Assembly: GCA_963820525.1 (NCBI GenBank)
Contig: CAWGAA010000001.1
Location: 704,001 to 768,000 of the forward strand
Origin: an uncultured Spirochaetota bacterium
GTDB taxonomy: Bacteria > Spirochaetota > Spirochaetia > SZUA-6 > Fen-1364
Direction: 5' to 3'
Length of the DNA: 64,000 nucleotides
Below are positions 46,620 through 58,076 of this stretch, in pieces. Numbering within the stretch: the first letter of the stretch is position 1; each line of letters begins with the position of its first letter. Under the pieces are notes generated by a model, which had not been told where the DNA came from, ran no database searches, and was given only the letters and a program-made list of their open reading frames with translations. The position numbers and the translations under genes are program-made.

Positions 46620-47171
46620 ATGGAGCATGATATGGATTTCTCCAAAGTAGCCACGCCCGAAAAGGGCAATTTTCTAATCGCGTTCATAGATATCCAAAAT
46701 TTCTTGGTCATTTCAAAAGCGCTGCCAGATCCAGTACAGCTATTTGAGCTCTTAAACTCTTGGGCCAATGTCATCATCAAGGAAATTGATAAGACTCCAG
46801 GCCGAGTACTTAAGTTTATCGGTGACGCATGTCTTATCATTTTTCCAGATGATTCAGTTGATTTAGGAGTACTGTCTTTGCTATCAATAAAGGATCAAGC
46901 CGAGAAGCACTTAAAAAACAATGGTTTTCACAACAAAATACGTATTACAGCTCACTTCGGAGAAGCTGCCATAGGTCAATTTGGCACTGGACTCACAAAA
47001 ATAATAGATATAATCGGAGATACAGTGAATGTAGCTGCTTCCTTGTCGCGAGGGGATCATCGCGGCAGGCTCATTATCTCACCACAGGTTTTCCGAAAGT
47101 TGGCTGCATCAACAAGGAAGTTATTCCACAAGTACACACCGCCTGTTGTGTACTTAGCTCTAGAGAATTGA
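46620..47171 (+). CDS. Class III adenylate/guanylate cyclase domain protein
   Basis: AFIDIQNF, VLKFIGDACL, IIGDTVNVAASL. Confidence 0.85.
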   Translation: MEHDMDFSKVATPEKGNFLIAFIDIQNFLVISKALPDPVQLFELLNSWANVIIKEIDKTPGRVLKFIGDACLIIFPDDSVDLGVLSLLSIKDQAEKHLKNNGFHNKIRITAHFGEAAIGQFGTGLTKIIDIIGDTVNVAASLSRGDHRGRLIISPQVFRKLAASTRKLFHKYTPPVVYLALEN

Positions 47172-47486
47172 TTTTACTGTAATCCCCAAGGCTAGCAATA
47201 GAAATAAAGCAAAGGCTAATCATCGAATTAGAAGGAATGAGTGAAATGCCATTTTTTAAAACTGGAGAGAGATAACAAGTCGTTGCAGCTGACCGCCCAG
47301 GCTTCGTTTCGTTACAGATAACTACGCGTGTTTGAAGTTTTTGTTCTTTCATGATTCGGGGCGGCAGCTGAACTCCATGTTAAACGGCCATAGAAGGTTT
47401 CACATAGCGGATGTACACAAACATCAGTTGCAATAGAGATTGAGCTCTGAGAAGTAAAGTCACTATACCGTCAGAAAAGGGGAAGG

Positions 47487-48236
47487 GTGATGAGCATTAC
47501 GGATCAAATACAATTTGGTAGGAATGTGTTGAGGCCTATTTGGAAAGATATTGACTTTAATCATACAGATCAGGCAATGGGTATTCCTGTTCCGGAAAAG
47601 GTAAAGCCGGCACAAGATTGTGCGCTAAAAATCGACCTCGTGCCTAAGGAAAAGTGGGTTTATGGCAACATATCAATGCTTCAGGCCATTCTCCAACGTG
47701 AGAGTAGAAGGCATTACTCTTCAGATTCACTGAGTCTAGATGAATTGTCGTTATTACTTTATTGCACTCAAGGAATCCGCCGAATAGCCGAGAAGGGAAG
47801 CTTTCGCACAGTGCCCTCAGCAGGTGCACGTCATAGCTTTGAAACCTATCTGTATATTGACAGGGTGCAAAATGTTGGAAAGGGTTTATATAGATATTTG
47901 CCAGATCAAAATAAAATCTGCCTTCATGAAAACTACAGACCAAATATGGAAAATGAATTAAATCAGGCCATGCAGGAGCAATTGTACAGTGCGGCTATAT
48001 GCTTCATTTGGACGGCCATCCCATATAGAATGGAGTGGCGTTATTCGACAGCATCGGCTAAGCTTATAGCAATTGATGTTGGGCATGTATGCGAGAATCT
48101 CTATCTTGCATGTGAAACAATTAAGGCTGGTACATGCGCCATCGGGGCATATGAGCAAGCCGAAATCGACAGATTTTTAGGAATAGACGGATTTGATGAG
48201 TTTGTAATCTATATGGCTACAGTTGGTAAACTGTAA
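47487..48236 (+). CDS. SagB/ThcOx family dehydrogenase (nitroreductase fold)
   Basis: RESRRHY, FRTVPSAGARH, DVGHVCENLYL, CAIGAY. Confidence 0.9.
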   Translation: MMSITDQIQFGRNVLRPIWKDIDFNHTDQAMGIPVPEKVKPAQDCALKIDLVPKEKWVYGNISMLQAILQRESRRHYSSDSLSLDELSLLLYCTQGIRRIAEKGSFRTVPSAGARHSFETYLYIDRVQNVGKGLYRYLPDQNKICLHENYRPNMENELNQAMQEQLYSAAICFIWTAIPYRMEWRYSTASAKLIAIDVGHVCENLYLACETIKAGTCAIGAYEQAEIDRFLGIDGFDEFVIYMATVGKL

Positions 48237-48442
48237 TAATAGGGCAACTAAGCGTTTAATTAATATTAAGGATGGCCGCTTAACATGCTGTTGGAGTTGA
48301 CCCCTTAAGTTACGTCCTGAAAGTGCGACATACGCTCGCTAAACCTTCACTACCCTGCTTCGGGCGGCGGGGCAACTCAACAGCGTCGTTATGCGTGGCT
48401 AGGAGGACGGTCTCTATCCGTTGTTGATAGGAAAAGCAGTCA

Positions 48443-49276
48443 ATGACTCGCGAAGAGATTCTTGACTTGGACGACTTCATCATGTCAGAGAAGTTGCCTT
48501 CTCCGCTCGTGCAGCTGCATAGAGGGGCTATCGGCTGCCCATTCAAGAAGACTATGGCTGCATTGGTATCCCTGAGCGATGCAGCTTCATTCTTAAAGAC
48601 TGGTGTTTTCACCAGCACGGACAATGAGGATCCGTATAGCGCGGGCATCCTTGTACGGTCCATCATTGAGCACTTTCTCCTGCATAGTCTGGTCTTTTTT
48701 CAGTTCATTGAACGCAGAAATGATACTCCTGGCGAAGACTTTGCTGCACTTGCAGACATCAAGGAAACGATTGAGTTCTCAAGGGCTTTGGGCAAAAGCC
48801 TAAAGATGTTTAGGGGGATAGAACAGCCAAAGAACCTAAAGGAAGCTGTATTCAAGCAATACCCGAAATATGAGTCACTCACCACAAAGGAATTCGAGCA
48901 AAAAGCCGCGGAATACTCGGTCACCAATATGATTAGATTCCTTTGGTCCTTCCTCAAGACGGATGATGCTGCACCTAAGCTAGTTGAGTCTCTTCCCCTA
49001 GACTATTCGGACTTGTCGTTGAGGGTACACGGAGGGCCATATGCAAGTAAGCTCATGCTTTGGTGGTCTACACACGAACAGGAGAAACAAGCTGAGCTTC
49101 AGGCTCTATGCATGAAGGCATTCTTTTTCTCTACCACTATGGTAATGCAAACCTTTATCGCGGCAAGTCAATATGACGGCGCTTTTGAACCCGTCATAGC
49201 TGGACTGAAGGGCATATTGCAGAACGTCACGATCGAAACTCCTGAGCAGAATCAATCAAAACCGGGCCACGCATAA
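48443..49276 (+). CDS. Hypothetical protein (DUF5677/HEPN-like)
   Basis: LVRSIIE and YSDLSLRVHG motifs; stop codon lies in R''. Confidence 0.6.
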   Translation: MTREEILDLDDFIMSEKLPSPLVQLHRGAIGCPFKKTMAALVSLSDAASFLKTGVFTSTDNEDPYSAGILVRSIIEHFLLHSLVFFQFIERRNDTPGEDFAALADIKETIEFSRALGKSLKMFRGIEQPKNLKEAVFKQYPKYESLTTKEFEQKAAEYSVTNMIRFLWSFLKTDDAAPKLVESLPLDYSDLSLRVHGGPYASKLMLWWSTHEQEKQAELQALCMKAFFFSTTMVMQTFIAASQYDGAFEPVIAGLKGILQNVTIETPEQNQSKPGHA

Positions 49277-49575
49277 CAAGTCGTTGAAGCCGACCCCTTA
49301 AGTTGCGCACGGAAAGTGGGGCGTAAGCTCCGTATAAGCCATCACGGCTGTGATGATGCGGCGGGGCGGCTTAACTCCATGTTATCTCCATCTAAAATTA
49401 TGCTTATTATACAGAGCGTCTTAAGTAATTGCGCATAATTGCATAATGTGATTTTATATAGGAATGAAACAACTGATTATCGCGGATGCCCCCACTATCA
49501 TCCTTGGACTGCAAGACGAAATCCGTCGTTCACAGGAATCCCGCTATGATCATCGACTTCATGGCATTCTGCTAG

Positions 49576-51303
49576 CCCGGATTTCTCATACCCCTCACCG
49601 GTTTTAGCCGGTTTGCGATAGAAACGGGTAAATATTCTTGTTACCAGAGAAACGTCTATTTACCGAAGCAAAAAGCCCGGCAGAATCCCTGGCGAATGTG
49701 CGCTTTCCGCCTGATACGCCTCCTGCCAGGCAGTTTTCATATTTCCAGGACAGACCTCTGCCTTGGCATTGCAAGCGGTACCCTCCTGTTCCTTCAGTTC
49801 AATAACGGAGGCGAGGCTTGAAGTGCGCGATATGCCGTCAGAAAAAGTTCTCGATACGGATATCCTGTCGACATACTTATAAGCACACGGCGAACACTCA
49901 CTCTCACCAGGGCGCCTATCTTGAAAAGCTTTAACCGGATCGTCTGGCAGGTCGCGTTGGCAAGTTCCGTGCCGCGCAAAGCACGTCGACGGAACTCACT
50001 CATCAGCACATATCCAACGGCAGAGAACCAAAGTCGAAGCTGGTTCGCCTTCATCAGCGAGCATGAGCTACGGTCCGCGAAAAGGTAGAGCTGCTGCTCC
50101 TTGATGCGGTTTTCCATCTCGCCGCGAGCACAATAGACATCCTCGTAGAGCTCCCCGGGATCATGGAGTCAGCCGGGAGATTGGTCACTATAAAACGCGG
50201 ATTCTCCTTGCCCTCGGTGTACTCCGCTTTGGCCACAATCCGTCGGGTACGGCTCCAGGTCTTTCGGGTACGATACCCGAAACTGCTGAAGCGGCGAGCC
50301 GGCTTTCCCGTGCGTACGTGCTCCACACAAGCCAGTCGAAGCTGTTTCTTGATCCGCTGGACAAGTCGCGTATTTCTCGCCAGGCCAATGACATAGAAAA
50401 GGCCATGCTTCTCGCACCAGCTCATCAGCTCATCCCGGCAGAAGCCACTGTCCCCACGGATGATGATTCGAACCTGCTTCCACCGCGAGCGGATCATGCC
50501 CACGATACGTTCCAGCTCCTTCGTCACTCCCTTGGCAGGGTCCACGTCAGCCGTGCGCAGCTTCGCGCACAACAGGTAATCCCCGCAGAAGATGTACAGC
50601 GGCAGATAGCAGTAGCAATCGTAGTGTCCATGGAAGAACCGCCCCTCCTGCTTGCCGTGAAGCTCGTTGTTCGTCACATCCAGGTCCAGCACGATTTGCT
50701 TGGGTCGCCCCGGGTAGCTTTTCAGGAAGGACTTCACGAAGAACTTCTCGATCATTGTCTCATCGCTAACGATCTTTTTCGCCCCTGTGATCTTCCAAAA
50801 CCCCTCACAGGTTTCAAGCCGGTTGAGCGTGCTTTTCCCCGCACATGCCTTGCCCTTGTCCCTGGCATGACTTCTATCCTGCCCGCTGGGATCGGCCTTG
50901 CCGCAAAGGGTGGCGAAAAGCGGATCGTGGCGCAGCATGTCCTGATCGTTGGTGTCCTCATAGCCCAGGCACAACCCGATCACCTTCTGGCTCACCAACT
51001 CCCGCACGCTGTGCTCGACGAACCGCTGATTACGGAAATCACAGAAACAGTCTGCGAACTGACGCAAATAGTCCGTTGTCAGTGCGACTTCACGAAGGAG
51101 TAGTGCCCCTGCATCCGAACTGATCATTCCGCCGTCGAAGCTTGTGATGACTTTTCTGTCCCCGAGGTCTTGAAATCCGAAGAGGTTTGGAATACAGTCT
51201 GTTTGCATCTTGAAGCCTTTCTGTTCTGGTGTATTTTGTTGTTTGCAAAGCAATTATACCAGGGCGAAAGGCTTTTTAATAGTAGGAGTATGAGAAATCC
51301 GGG
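49576..51303 (-). mobile_element. IS1380 family element nested in IS630
   Basis: Same TIRs and CTAG TSD as 40305-42033. Confidence 0.93.
49794..51208 (-). pseudogene. IS1380 transposase with a 1-bp deletion near 50168
   Basis: Split into ORFs 50054-51253 and 49794-50117; CATGGAGTCAG here vs CATGGAGCTCAG in the other copy. Confidence 0.8.
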
Positions 51304-51698
51304 CTAGTAGCCCAGGGAATGAGCTGTATTGAGGTTGCGCATTTTCTTGGCGATGCACCCCGAACCGTGCAGTATTGGATTCGCCGCTTCGAGGCGGAGG
51401 GACTCGCGGGCATTGTTGAAGGCGACCGAACTGGACGACCCACACGCCTCAAACCTGAGCAAATACAAGAAGTAAGCCGCGCTCTTCGACAATCACCAAC
51501 TGCTGCTGGATTGTCTGGTAACCTATGGGATGGAAAGACACTCTCCGCCTTCATTGTACAGCGCTATAAAGTCAGATTGGGTGTACGTCAATGTCAACGC
51601 GTCTTTCGACAACTCAACTTCCGACTACGCAAGCCTCGCCCAATAATTGCGCGAGCCGATCCGGCTCGCCAGACCGATTATAAAAAAAACTCAAGGCG

Positions 51699-52241
51699 TT
51701 GATGCTGGATGAAGAGATAGATTTGTGGGCGACGGATGAGGTACACTTTCAGCAGTACGGCTCACGATGCCGAATGTGGGTTCCACCCGAAGTCAAAGAT
51801 CCGGTACTGTTACATTATCCCGGGCGAAAGAGCGTGGGATACTTCGGTGCCGTTCGTCTGCGCGACGGCAAATTCTTCTTCAAACGCGAAGAGGATAGTT
51901 TCGACGCGAATACATTCTTCGTGTTCATGAAGCAATTGCGCTTCAGAACTTCAAAGAGTCAAAGGCGCATCGTCGTGATCACTGATAATGCTAGATACCA
52001 CCATGCAAAGCTCCACAAGCAGTGGCGCGAGGAGCACAGTGCATCTTTCATACTCGATTATCTGCCGCCGTATAGTCCCGATCTGAACCCAATCGAAAGG
52101 ATGTGGAAGCTCACCAGACGGCTCTGTCTGCATAACAGATACTTCCCTACTATGAGCGATGTCACGTCCGCGGTTGAAGACCGCTTCGCTCAGTGGGAGG
52201 CTCCAAATGAAACATTACGTCGTCTATGCGCAATTACTTAG
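51699..52241 (+). CDS. IS630 transposase, DDE part
   Basis: Same protein as 39367-39909. Confidence 0.9.
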   Translation: MMLDEEIDLWATDEVHFQQYGSRCRMWVPPEVKDPVLLHYPGRKSVGYFGAVRLRDGKFFFKREEDSFDANTFFVFMKQLRFRTSKSQRRIVVITDNARYHHAKLHKQWREEHSASFILDYLPPYSPDLNPIERMWKLTRRLCLHNRYFPTMSDVTSAVEDRFAQWEAPNETLRRLCAIT

Positions 52242-53111
52242 GACGCTATGTATAGCAATGAAACAATGAATTAATAATTCAATAATATAGGATAAGACGT
52301 TTTTCAATTTCATGTTTGCCCATGATGGCGTTGGCATTGCTCTGGAAGGATGGCGGTGTTGTACTACATTGCCTGCTTGTCTTTAATTTCAATGCATGGC
52401 ACGTCACCTTGGCTTATTATCACCGATTACATTCTACGGCTCGGATCAAGCTCTTTCAATTGATTCGATAGATCTTTTCTGCTTTCCTCAACGCCATCAT
52501 ACTGGATGGAGATAACATGTCGTTGCAGCTGACCGCCCAAGCTACGCGTCGTTACCGTAAACTACGCTCACTCAAGCATTTGTTTATTCTTATGCGGGGC
52601 GGCAGCTGAACTCATCGTTATCTCCATCTAGATTTATATTGATTAGCAAATAAGCAACGAATTATCAATTCAAGAATATTTGATAAGACGTTTTTCAATA
52701 TTTTGCTTTCCCATGATGGCGTTGGCATTGGGCGGGAAGGATGGCGGTGTTGTACTAGTTTGCCTGCTTGTTTTTAGGTTCAACACACTGCGCGTCACCT
52801 TGGCTTATTGTCACCGATTACACTATTGGGCTCGGATCAAGCTCCTTTAATTGATTCGATTGCTCTTTTTCTGCTTTCCTCAACGCCATCATACCGGATG
52901 GAGATAACATGTCGTTGCAGCTGACCGCCCAAGCTACGCGCCGTTATTCGAAACTACGCGCGCTCAGGTATTTCCTCTTTTTGAGGCGGGGCGGCAGCTG
53001 AACTCCTTGTTATCCCGCTTCGGACATAAAATACTTCGGTATTTTATGGCATGCAATTGCATTTCTCAAATAGAACAATCCTTGTCCAGATTGAAAGACA
53101 TCGAAACTACC

Positions 53112-53438
53112 TTACTCTATTCCCAAAGCAATTGCTAAAGCTTTGTCCAGTTCCCAAACCTTACCTGGGTTGAGACGGCCAACGAAATCCGTTAAAGCTG
53201 ATTTCGGAATACTGATCAACTCATCACAGTGAATCGAACTCGCATGTTTGAGACCAACCTCAATCCCAATAGGAACCTGTGTAGACAAGCCATCATAGGA
53301 GGTGTAGATCGGGGCGCATGTTACAGAAGAAAACTGGGAATCAATCAGAACTTGACGACTGACAATTACGAAAACACGAGAACGGCGTGGATCGTTACGA
53401 TTCCCCTTATAGACCCGATAAAGCTCCGCTCTCTTCAA
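53112..53438 (-). CDS. mazF: MazF/PemK family toxin
   Basis: MKRAELY...RVFVIVSR...VTCAPI...[14 protein letters not shown]...VGRL. Confidence 0.88.
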   Translation of the reverse strand: MKRAELYRVYKGNRNDPRRSRVFVIVSRQVLIDSQFSSVTCAPIYTSYDGLSTQVPIGIEVGLKHASSIHCDELISIPKSALTDFVGRLNPGKVWELDKALAIALGIE

Positions 53439-53671
53439 CCTCGGAACTCCACCTGGTACCCGAGTACATCCTCTGCCTCTTTATTCAGTTTCGCAGACAG
53501 TTTGTTGATCGTCTGGAGATCCGTATTGTCCCTCTTTCTTCTCTTGAGTATTTCAAGGTACGTCCGAACAGCTAACTCTATGAAGGCAGAACGGTTGTTC
53601 TCACCTTCTGAATGCTGATCGATCAAAGCGATAATATTCTTAGAAAGCGTAACGGATGTCTTTACCTTCAT
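53435..53671 (-). CDS. Ribbon-helix-helix antitoxin
   Basis: [10 protein letters not shown]...[10 protein letters not shown]; overlaps the toxin start. Confidence 0.82.
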   Translation of the reverse strand: MKVKTSVTLSKNIIALIDQHSEGENNRSAFIELAVRTYLEILKRRKRDNTDLQTINKLSAKLNKEAEDVLGYQVEFRG

Positions 53672-53677
53672 ACCACC

Positions 53678-53706
53678 ATTGTACCACCAGTACTTATTAA
53701 AGTCAA
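53678..53706 (-). promoter_or_regulatory. Sigma70-like promoter of the MazEF cassette (probably leaderless)
   Basis: TTGACT-N17-TACAAT, 6 nt before the antitoxin ATG. Confidence 0.75.
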
Positions 53707-54320
53707 TAGCTGGATACAATGATAGAAAAAAAGAGCGGGATAACAAGTCGTTGCAGTTGACCGCCTGGGTTCAGCCTTTCACGGAGGAACGACGTCCGTC
53801 GAACTGGCGCATAATCATCTGATTCGGGGCGGCAACTGAACTCTATGTTATATCCACGCTAAAGAAATTCTTTGTGAGAATATTTTGCTTCTTCTGTTTT
53901 GAATTACTCAAAGCAAATGAAGAATTCTCTTTCACAATCTTGCGGGTTTTACCTTGTTGAATTCTTTTGATACCTGTGCGCGGGCCATCTACGTTCCTGT
54001 TGGAACAGCTCGCGCATGTTAGCAAAAGGGGCATTAATTACCTTTTTTAGCATCACTTTCTTTCGCTTTTCCTGAATTCTATCATCAATCAACTAACCTG
54101 ATATTTTATCCATATCGTGAAGCTTGTCCTTCGGCCCGCGCATATTGGTCTGTTTCCACGTAGATATAACATGCTGTTGGAGTTGACCGCCTAGGCTACG
54201 CTTCATTACCAATAGCTACGGGCGGTAAAGCATTTTGTACTTGGATGATTCGGGGCGGCAACTCAACAGCGTCGTTATGACGCCCAAATTTTCAGTAGCT
54301 TGAATTGCTAATCTGATGAC

Positions 54321-54349
54321 TTGACTTCATGCCTATTGATCGATAAGAT
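54321..54349 (+). promoter_or_regulatory. Sigma70-like promoter of a TA cassette
   Basis: TTGACT-N17-TAAGAT. Confidence 0.65.
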
Positions 54350-54386
54350 TATAGTTGTACGTAGAACTTATCGATCGGAGGCTACT

Positions 54387-54593
54387 ATGGCTACAGTAAC
54401 CATATCCCCTAAGTTTCAAGTTGTGATTCCTAAGGATGTCAGACAGAAACTTGGACTTACTCCTGGCCAGAAAGTGCAGACCATCCTTTTTGAAGATCGA
54501 ATTGAACTAATTCCCGTGAAGGCCATTAAAAAGATGAAAGGTTTCCTTAAAGGAATTGATACTCATATTCCTAGAGAATCTGATAGAATATGA
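54387..54593 (+). CDS. AbrB/MazE-type antitoxin
   Basis: VTISPKFQVVIPKDVRQKLGL; GGAGG RBS. Confidence 0.88.
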   Translation: MATVTISPKFQVVIPKDVRQKLGLTPGQKVQTILFEDRIELIPVKAIKKMKGFLKGIDTHIPRESDRI

Positions 54594-54967
54594 ATGTTGT
54601 TGATTCTAGCGCTTGGCTTGAATATTTAGCTGCTGGTCCAAATGCTTCATTCTTCTCTGAACCAATTGAGAATATAGCTGAACTAATAGTTCCTACTATT
54701 AGTTTATATGAAGTATTCAAGCGCATAGTCCAACAAAGATCAGAGAATGAAGCTCTTCAAGTAATAGCTGTCATGCAACAAGGCAGGCTAGCAGAATTGG
54801 ATCAAAGAACTGCATTAAGCGCAGCTCGTATAAGTATAGATCATCAATTACCCATGGCAGACAGCATAATATTGGCAACAGCAAGAATAAATAATGCAAT
54901 TCTATGGACTCAAGATTCTCATTTTAAAGGAATTCAAAATGTAAAATATGCTAAATCACAAACCTAA
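54590..54967 (+). CDS. vapC: VapC PIN-domain toxin
   Basis: VVDSSAWLEY...EV...MADSIILATA...TQDSHF. Confidence 0.88.
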   Translation: MNVVDSSAWLEYLAAGPNASFFSEPIENIAELIVPTISLYEVFKRIVQQRSENEALQVIAVMQQGRLAELDQRTALSAARISIDHQLPMADSIILATARINNAILWTQDSHFKGIQNVKYAKSQT

Positions 54968-55532
54968 TATTTAATAGTTTTTAATTATAAGATTTTTCGG
55001 GGGCGTCATAACATGCTGTTGGAGTTGACCGCCTAGCCTACGTGTCGTGACTTAGAGCTACGCGCGGTAGAGCCTTTTGTACTTGGATGACTCGGGGCGG
55101 CAACTCAACAGCGTCGTTATATCCATCTAGATTTATATTGAGTAGCAAATAAGCAACGAATCATTAATTCAATAATAGAATATAAGACGCTTTTCAATGG
55201 CTTTTTTGCCCATGATGGCGTTGGCATTGTTCTGGAAGGATGGCGGTGTTGTACTACATTTGGTTGCTTGTTTTTAGTTTCAATGTATGGCACGTCACCT
55301 TGGCTTATTGTCACCGATTACATTCGACGGCTCGTATCTAGCTCTTTCAATTGATTCGATAGATCTTTTCTGCTTTCCTCAACTCCATCATACTGGATGG
55401 ACATAACATGCGGTTGGAGTTGTCCGCCTAGGTTACGCGTCGTTACTGATTGTTACGCTTGCTATGGTTCCTTCGGTTGCTGATTCGGGGCGGCAACTCA
55501 ACCGCGTCGTTACACGGCGCTAATTCAATCGC

Positions 55533-55561
55533 TTGACTTCCAAATCAAACTGGTATATATT
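55533..55561 (+). promoter_or_regulatory. Sigma70-like promoter of a vapBC cassette
   Basis: TTGACT-N17-TATATT. Confidence 0.65.
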
Positions 55562-55586
55562 ACGATATATACCTTTGGAGGGAATT

Positions 55587-55823
55587 ATGGATACTGCAAA
55601 GCTTTTCAAGAACGGCCGCAGTCAAGCCGTGCGTCTCCCAAAAGAATACTCGTTTCCGGGAGATGAGGTTTATGTTCGTAAAATAGATGGGGTTGTCATT
55701 CTAATTCCAAAGGATGAAGATCCATGGCAGCCACTTATAGATAGCCTTAACAAATTTACAGATGACTTCTTTACATTTCCAAGAGAACAAGGCTTACCTG
55801 AAAAGCGTACAGATATTGAATGA
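55587..55823 (+). CDS. vapB: VapB antitoxin (AbrB-like)
   Basis: AKLFKNGRSQAVRLPKEY; GGAGG RBS. Confidence 0.9.
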   Translation: MDTAKLFKNGRSQAVRLPKEYSFPGDEVYVRKIDGVVILIPKDEDPWQPLIDSLNKFTDDFFTFPREQGLPEKRTDIE

Positions 55824-55862
55824 CTTACCTATTGGATACAAATATATGTATTTACCTCATTA

Positions 55863-56973
55863 TACATAGCGTCCTAAGTAATTGCGCATAGACGACGTAA
55901 TGTTTCATTTGGAGCCTCCCACTGAGCGAAGCGGTCTTCAACCGCGGACGTGACATCGCTCATAGTAGGGAAGTATCTGTTATGCAGACAGAGCCGTCTG
56001 GTGAGCTTCCACATCCTTTCGATTGGGTTCAGATCGGGACTATACGGCGGCAGATAATCGAGTATGAAAGATGCACTGTGCTCCTCGCGCCACTGCTTGT
56101 GGAGCTTTGCATGGTGGTATCTAGCATTATCAGTGATCACGACGATGCGCCTTTGACTCTTTGAAGTTCTGAAGCGCAATTGCTTCATGAACACGAAGAA
56201 TGTATTCGCGTCGAAACTATCCTCTTCGCGTTTGAAGAAGAATTTGCCGTCGCGCAGACGAACGGCACCGAAGTATCCCACGCTCTTTCGCCCGGGATAA
56301 TGTAACAGTACCGGATCTTTGACTTCGGGTGGAACCCACATTCGGCATCGTGAGCCGTACTGCTGAAAGTGTACCTCATCCGTCGCCCACAAATCTATCT
56401 CTTCATCCAGCATCAACGCCTTGAGTTTTTTTTATAATCGGTCTGGCGAGCCGGATCGGCTCGCGCAATTATTGGGCGAGGCTTGCGTAGTCGGAAGTTG
56501 AGTTGTCGAAAGACGCGTTGACATTGACGTACACCCAATCTGACTTTATAGCGCTGTACAATGAAGGCGGAGAGTGTCTTTCCATCCCATAGGTTACCAG
56601 ACAATCCAGCAGCAGTTGGTGATTGTCGAAGAGCGCGGCTTACTTCTTGTATTTGCTCAGGTTTGAGGCGTGTGGGTCGTCCAGTTCGGTCGCCTTCAAC
56701 AATGCCCGCGAGTCCCTCCGCCTCGAAGCGGCGAATCCAATACTGCACGGTTCGGGGTGCATCGCCGAGAAAATGCGCAACCTCAATACAGCTCATTCCC
56801 TGGGCTACTAGCAGAATGCCATGAAGTCGATGATCATAGCGGGATTCCTGTGAACGACGGATTTCGTCTTGCAGTCCAAGGATGATAGTGGGGGCATCCG
56901 CGATAATCAGTTGTTTCATTCCTATATAAAATCACATTATGCAATTATGCGCAATTACTTAAGACGCTCTGTA
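55863..56973 (-). mobile_element. IS630 family element, uninterrupted copy
   Basis: Same TIRs as the composites; TA duplication at 55861-62 and 56974-75. Confidence 0.95.
55874..56919 (-). CDS. IS630 transposase (ORFs 56413-56919 and 55874-56416, probably joined by a -1 frameshift)
   Basis: HTH ORF and DDE ORF overlap near an A8-C run that is present in all three copies. Confidence 0.88.
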
Positions 56974-57534
56974 TAACAAGAAACCGCCTATAGTTCTTGA
57001 TCATATTCGTTCAAAACGCCCAGATGAGGTAGCAATCTCAGCCATTACAATAGCAGAATTAGAATATGGAGTCTTGCGTAGCAAATATCCAGATCAAAAT
57101 AGAATAGCGCTTCTTGAATTCTTGGTTCCTTTTTCAATTATAGACTTTGACCAAATCTCCGCTACTCAGTATGGATACATTCGCAAGGAATTAGAATCTA
57201 AAGGAAAACCAATTGGACCAATGGATTTACTGCTTGCAGCTCAGGCTATATCGAGAAACCTGATCTTTGTAACAAATAATGAAAAGGAATTTCTAAGGAT
57301 AAAAAATCTAAGAACTGAAAATTGGGCTAAGAAATAATGGATAAATAATGCGCCGTGTAACATGCTGTTGGAGTTGACCCCTTAGACTACGTTCGGAAAG
57401 TGCAGCATACGCACGCTAAACCTCCGCTGCCCTGCTTCGGGCGGCGGGGCAACTCAACAGCGTCGTTAGGCAGACACAAGAGAGCTATTTCATATATCCT
57501 TGAGTTTCTCTTCTCACGTTTCCGGGTAGAATAG

Positions 57535-58017
57535 ATGAATATTGCTCTTGAATCACTTGCAGAATTCCTTGTTAAAGCAAAACAAATAACCTATGCCTCA
57601 GGCGGCTCGAATAGCTCTTACACTGTCCCTCCCCTTTTCAAAGATTCTCATCAACTCGAGTATACGATCGATGATCTTCATTATGAAGATGTCTATTTTG
57701 GACAATCACATTTTGCTGGACAAGAAGTAGTTTTTTTCAAAGATAAATGTATCTGGTCAATGTGCTATTCGGGCGGATGGACTGATCTGTTGACCGATAA
57801 GAATGAAATACTTTCAATTGCTTCCGTCCTTCAAGCTTCTCTTCGCCAAGTACCTTCTGAAATCCCATTCCGAGGTCCAAAGTTCTTGAACCTCACGCCT
57901 TACACATATAATAATCACGTCATTGGAGATATAAGATTATTTCAAGGAATAGAAGATATTCAGAGAGATAATATCATTTTGTATAAGCTTTCATATTCTG
58001 GCGGACTAATAGATTAG
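57535..58017 (+). CDS. DUF5680-like protein
   Basis: FLVKAK..TYA...Y.D.YFG...FAGQEVV...WSMCY.G...PFRGP...YSGGLI. Confidence 0.75.
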   Translation: MNIALESLAEFLVKAKQITYASGGSNSSYTVPPLFKDSHQLEYTIDDLHYEDVYFGQSHFAGQEVVFFKDKCIWSMCYSGGWTDLLTDKNEILSIASVLQASLRQVPSEIPFRGPKFLNLTPYTYNNHVIGDIRLFQGIEDIQRDNIILYKLSYSGGLID

Positions 58018-58076
58018 AAGATTTCTGGTTTGAAGAGAAAGAAAAGAAGGAATTATTGTTAAGAAAATAGTGTCTG

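Larger units (their letters stand above)
49410..52252 (+). mobile_element. IS630 element carrying a nested IS1380 (composite 2)
   Basis: Reverse complement of composite 1; TA duplication at 49408-09 and 52253-54; inside family A cassette 49381-52516. Confidence 0.94.
55820..57337 (+). pseudogene. vapC: VapC toxin interrupted by IS630
   Basis: MTYLLDTNICIYLI|NKKPPIVLDH...AELEYG...IGPMDLLLAAQA...VTNNEKEF rejoins in frame when the IS is removed. Confidence 0.92.
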
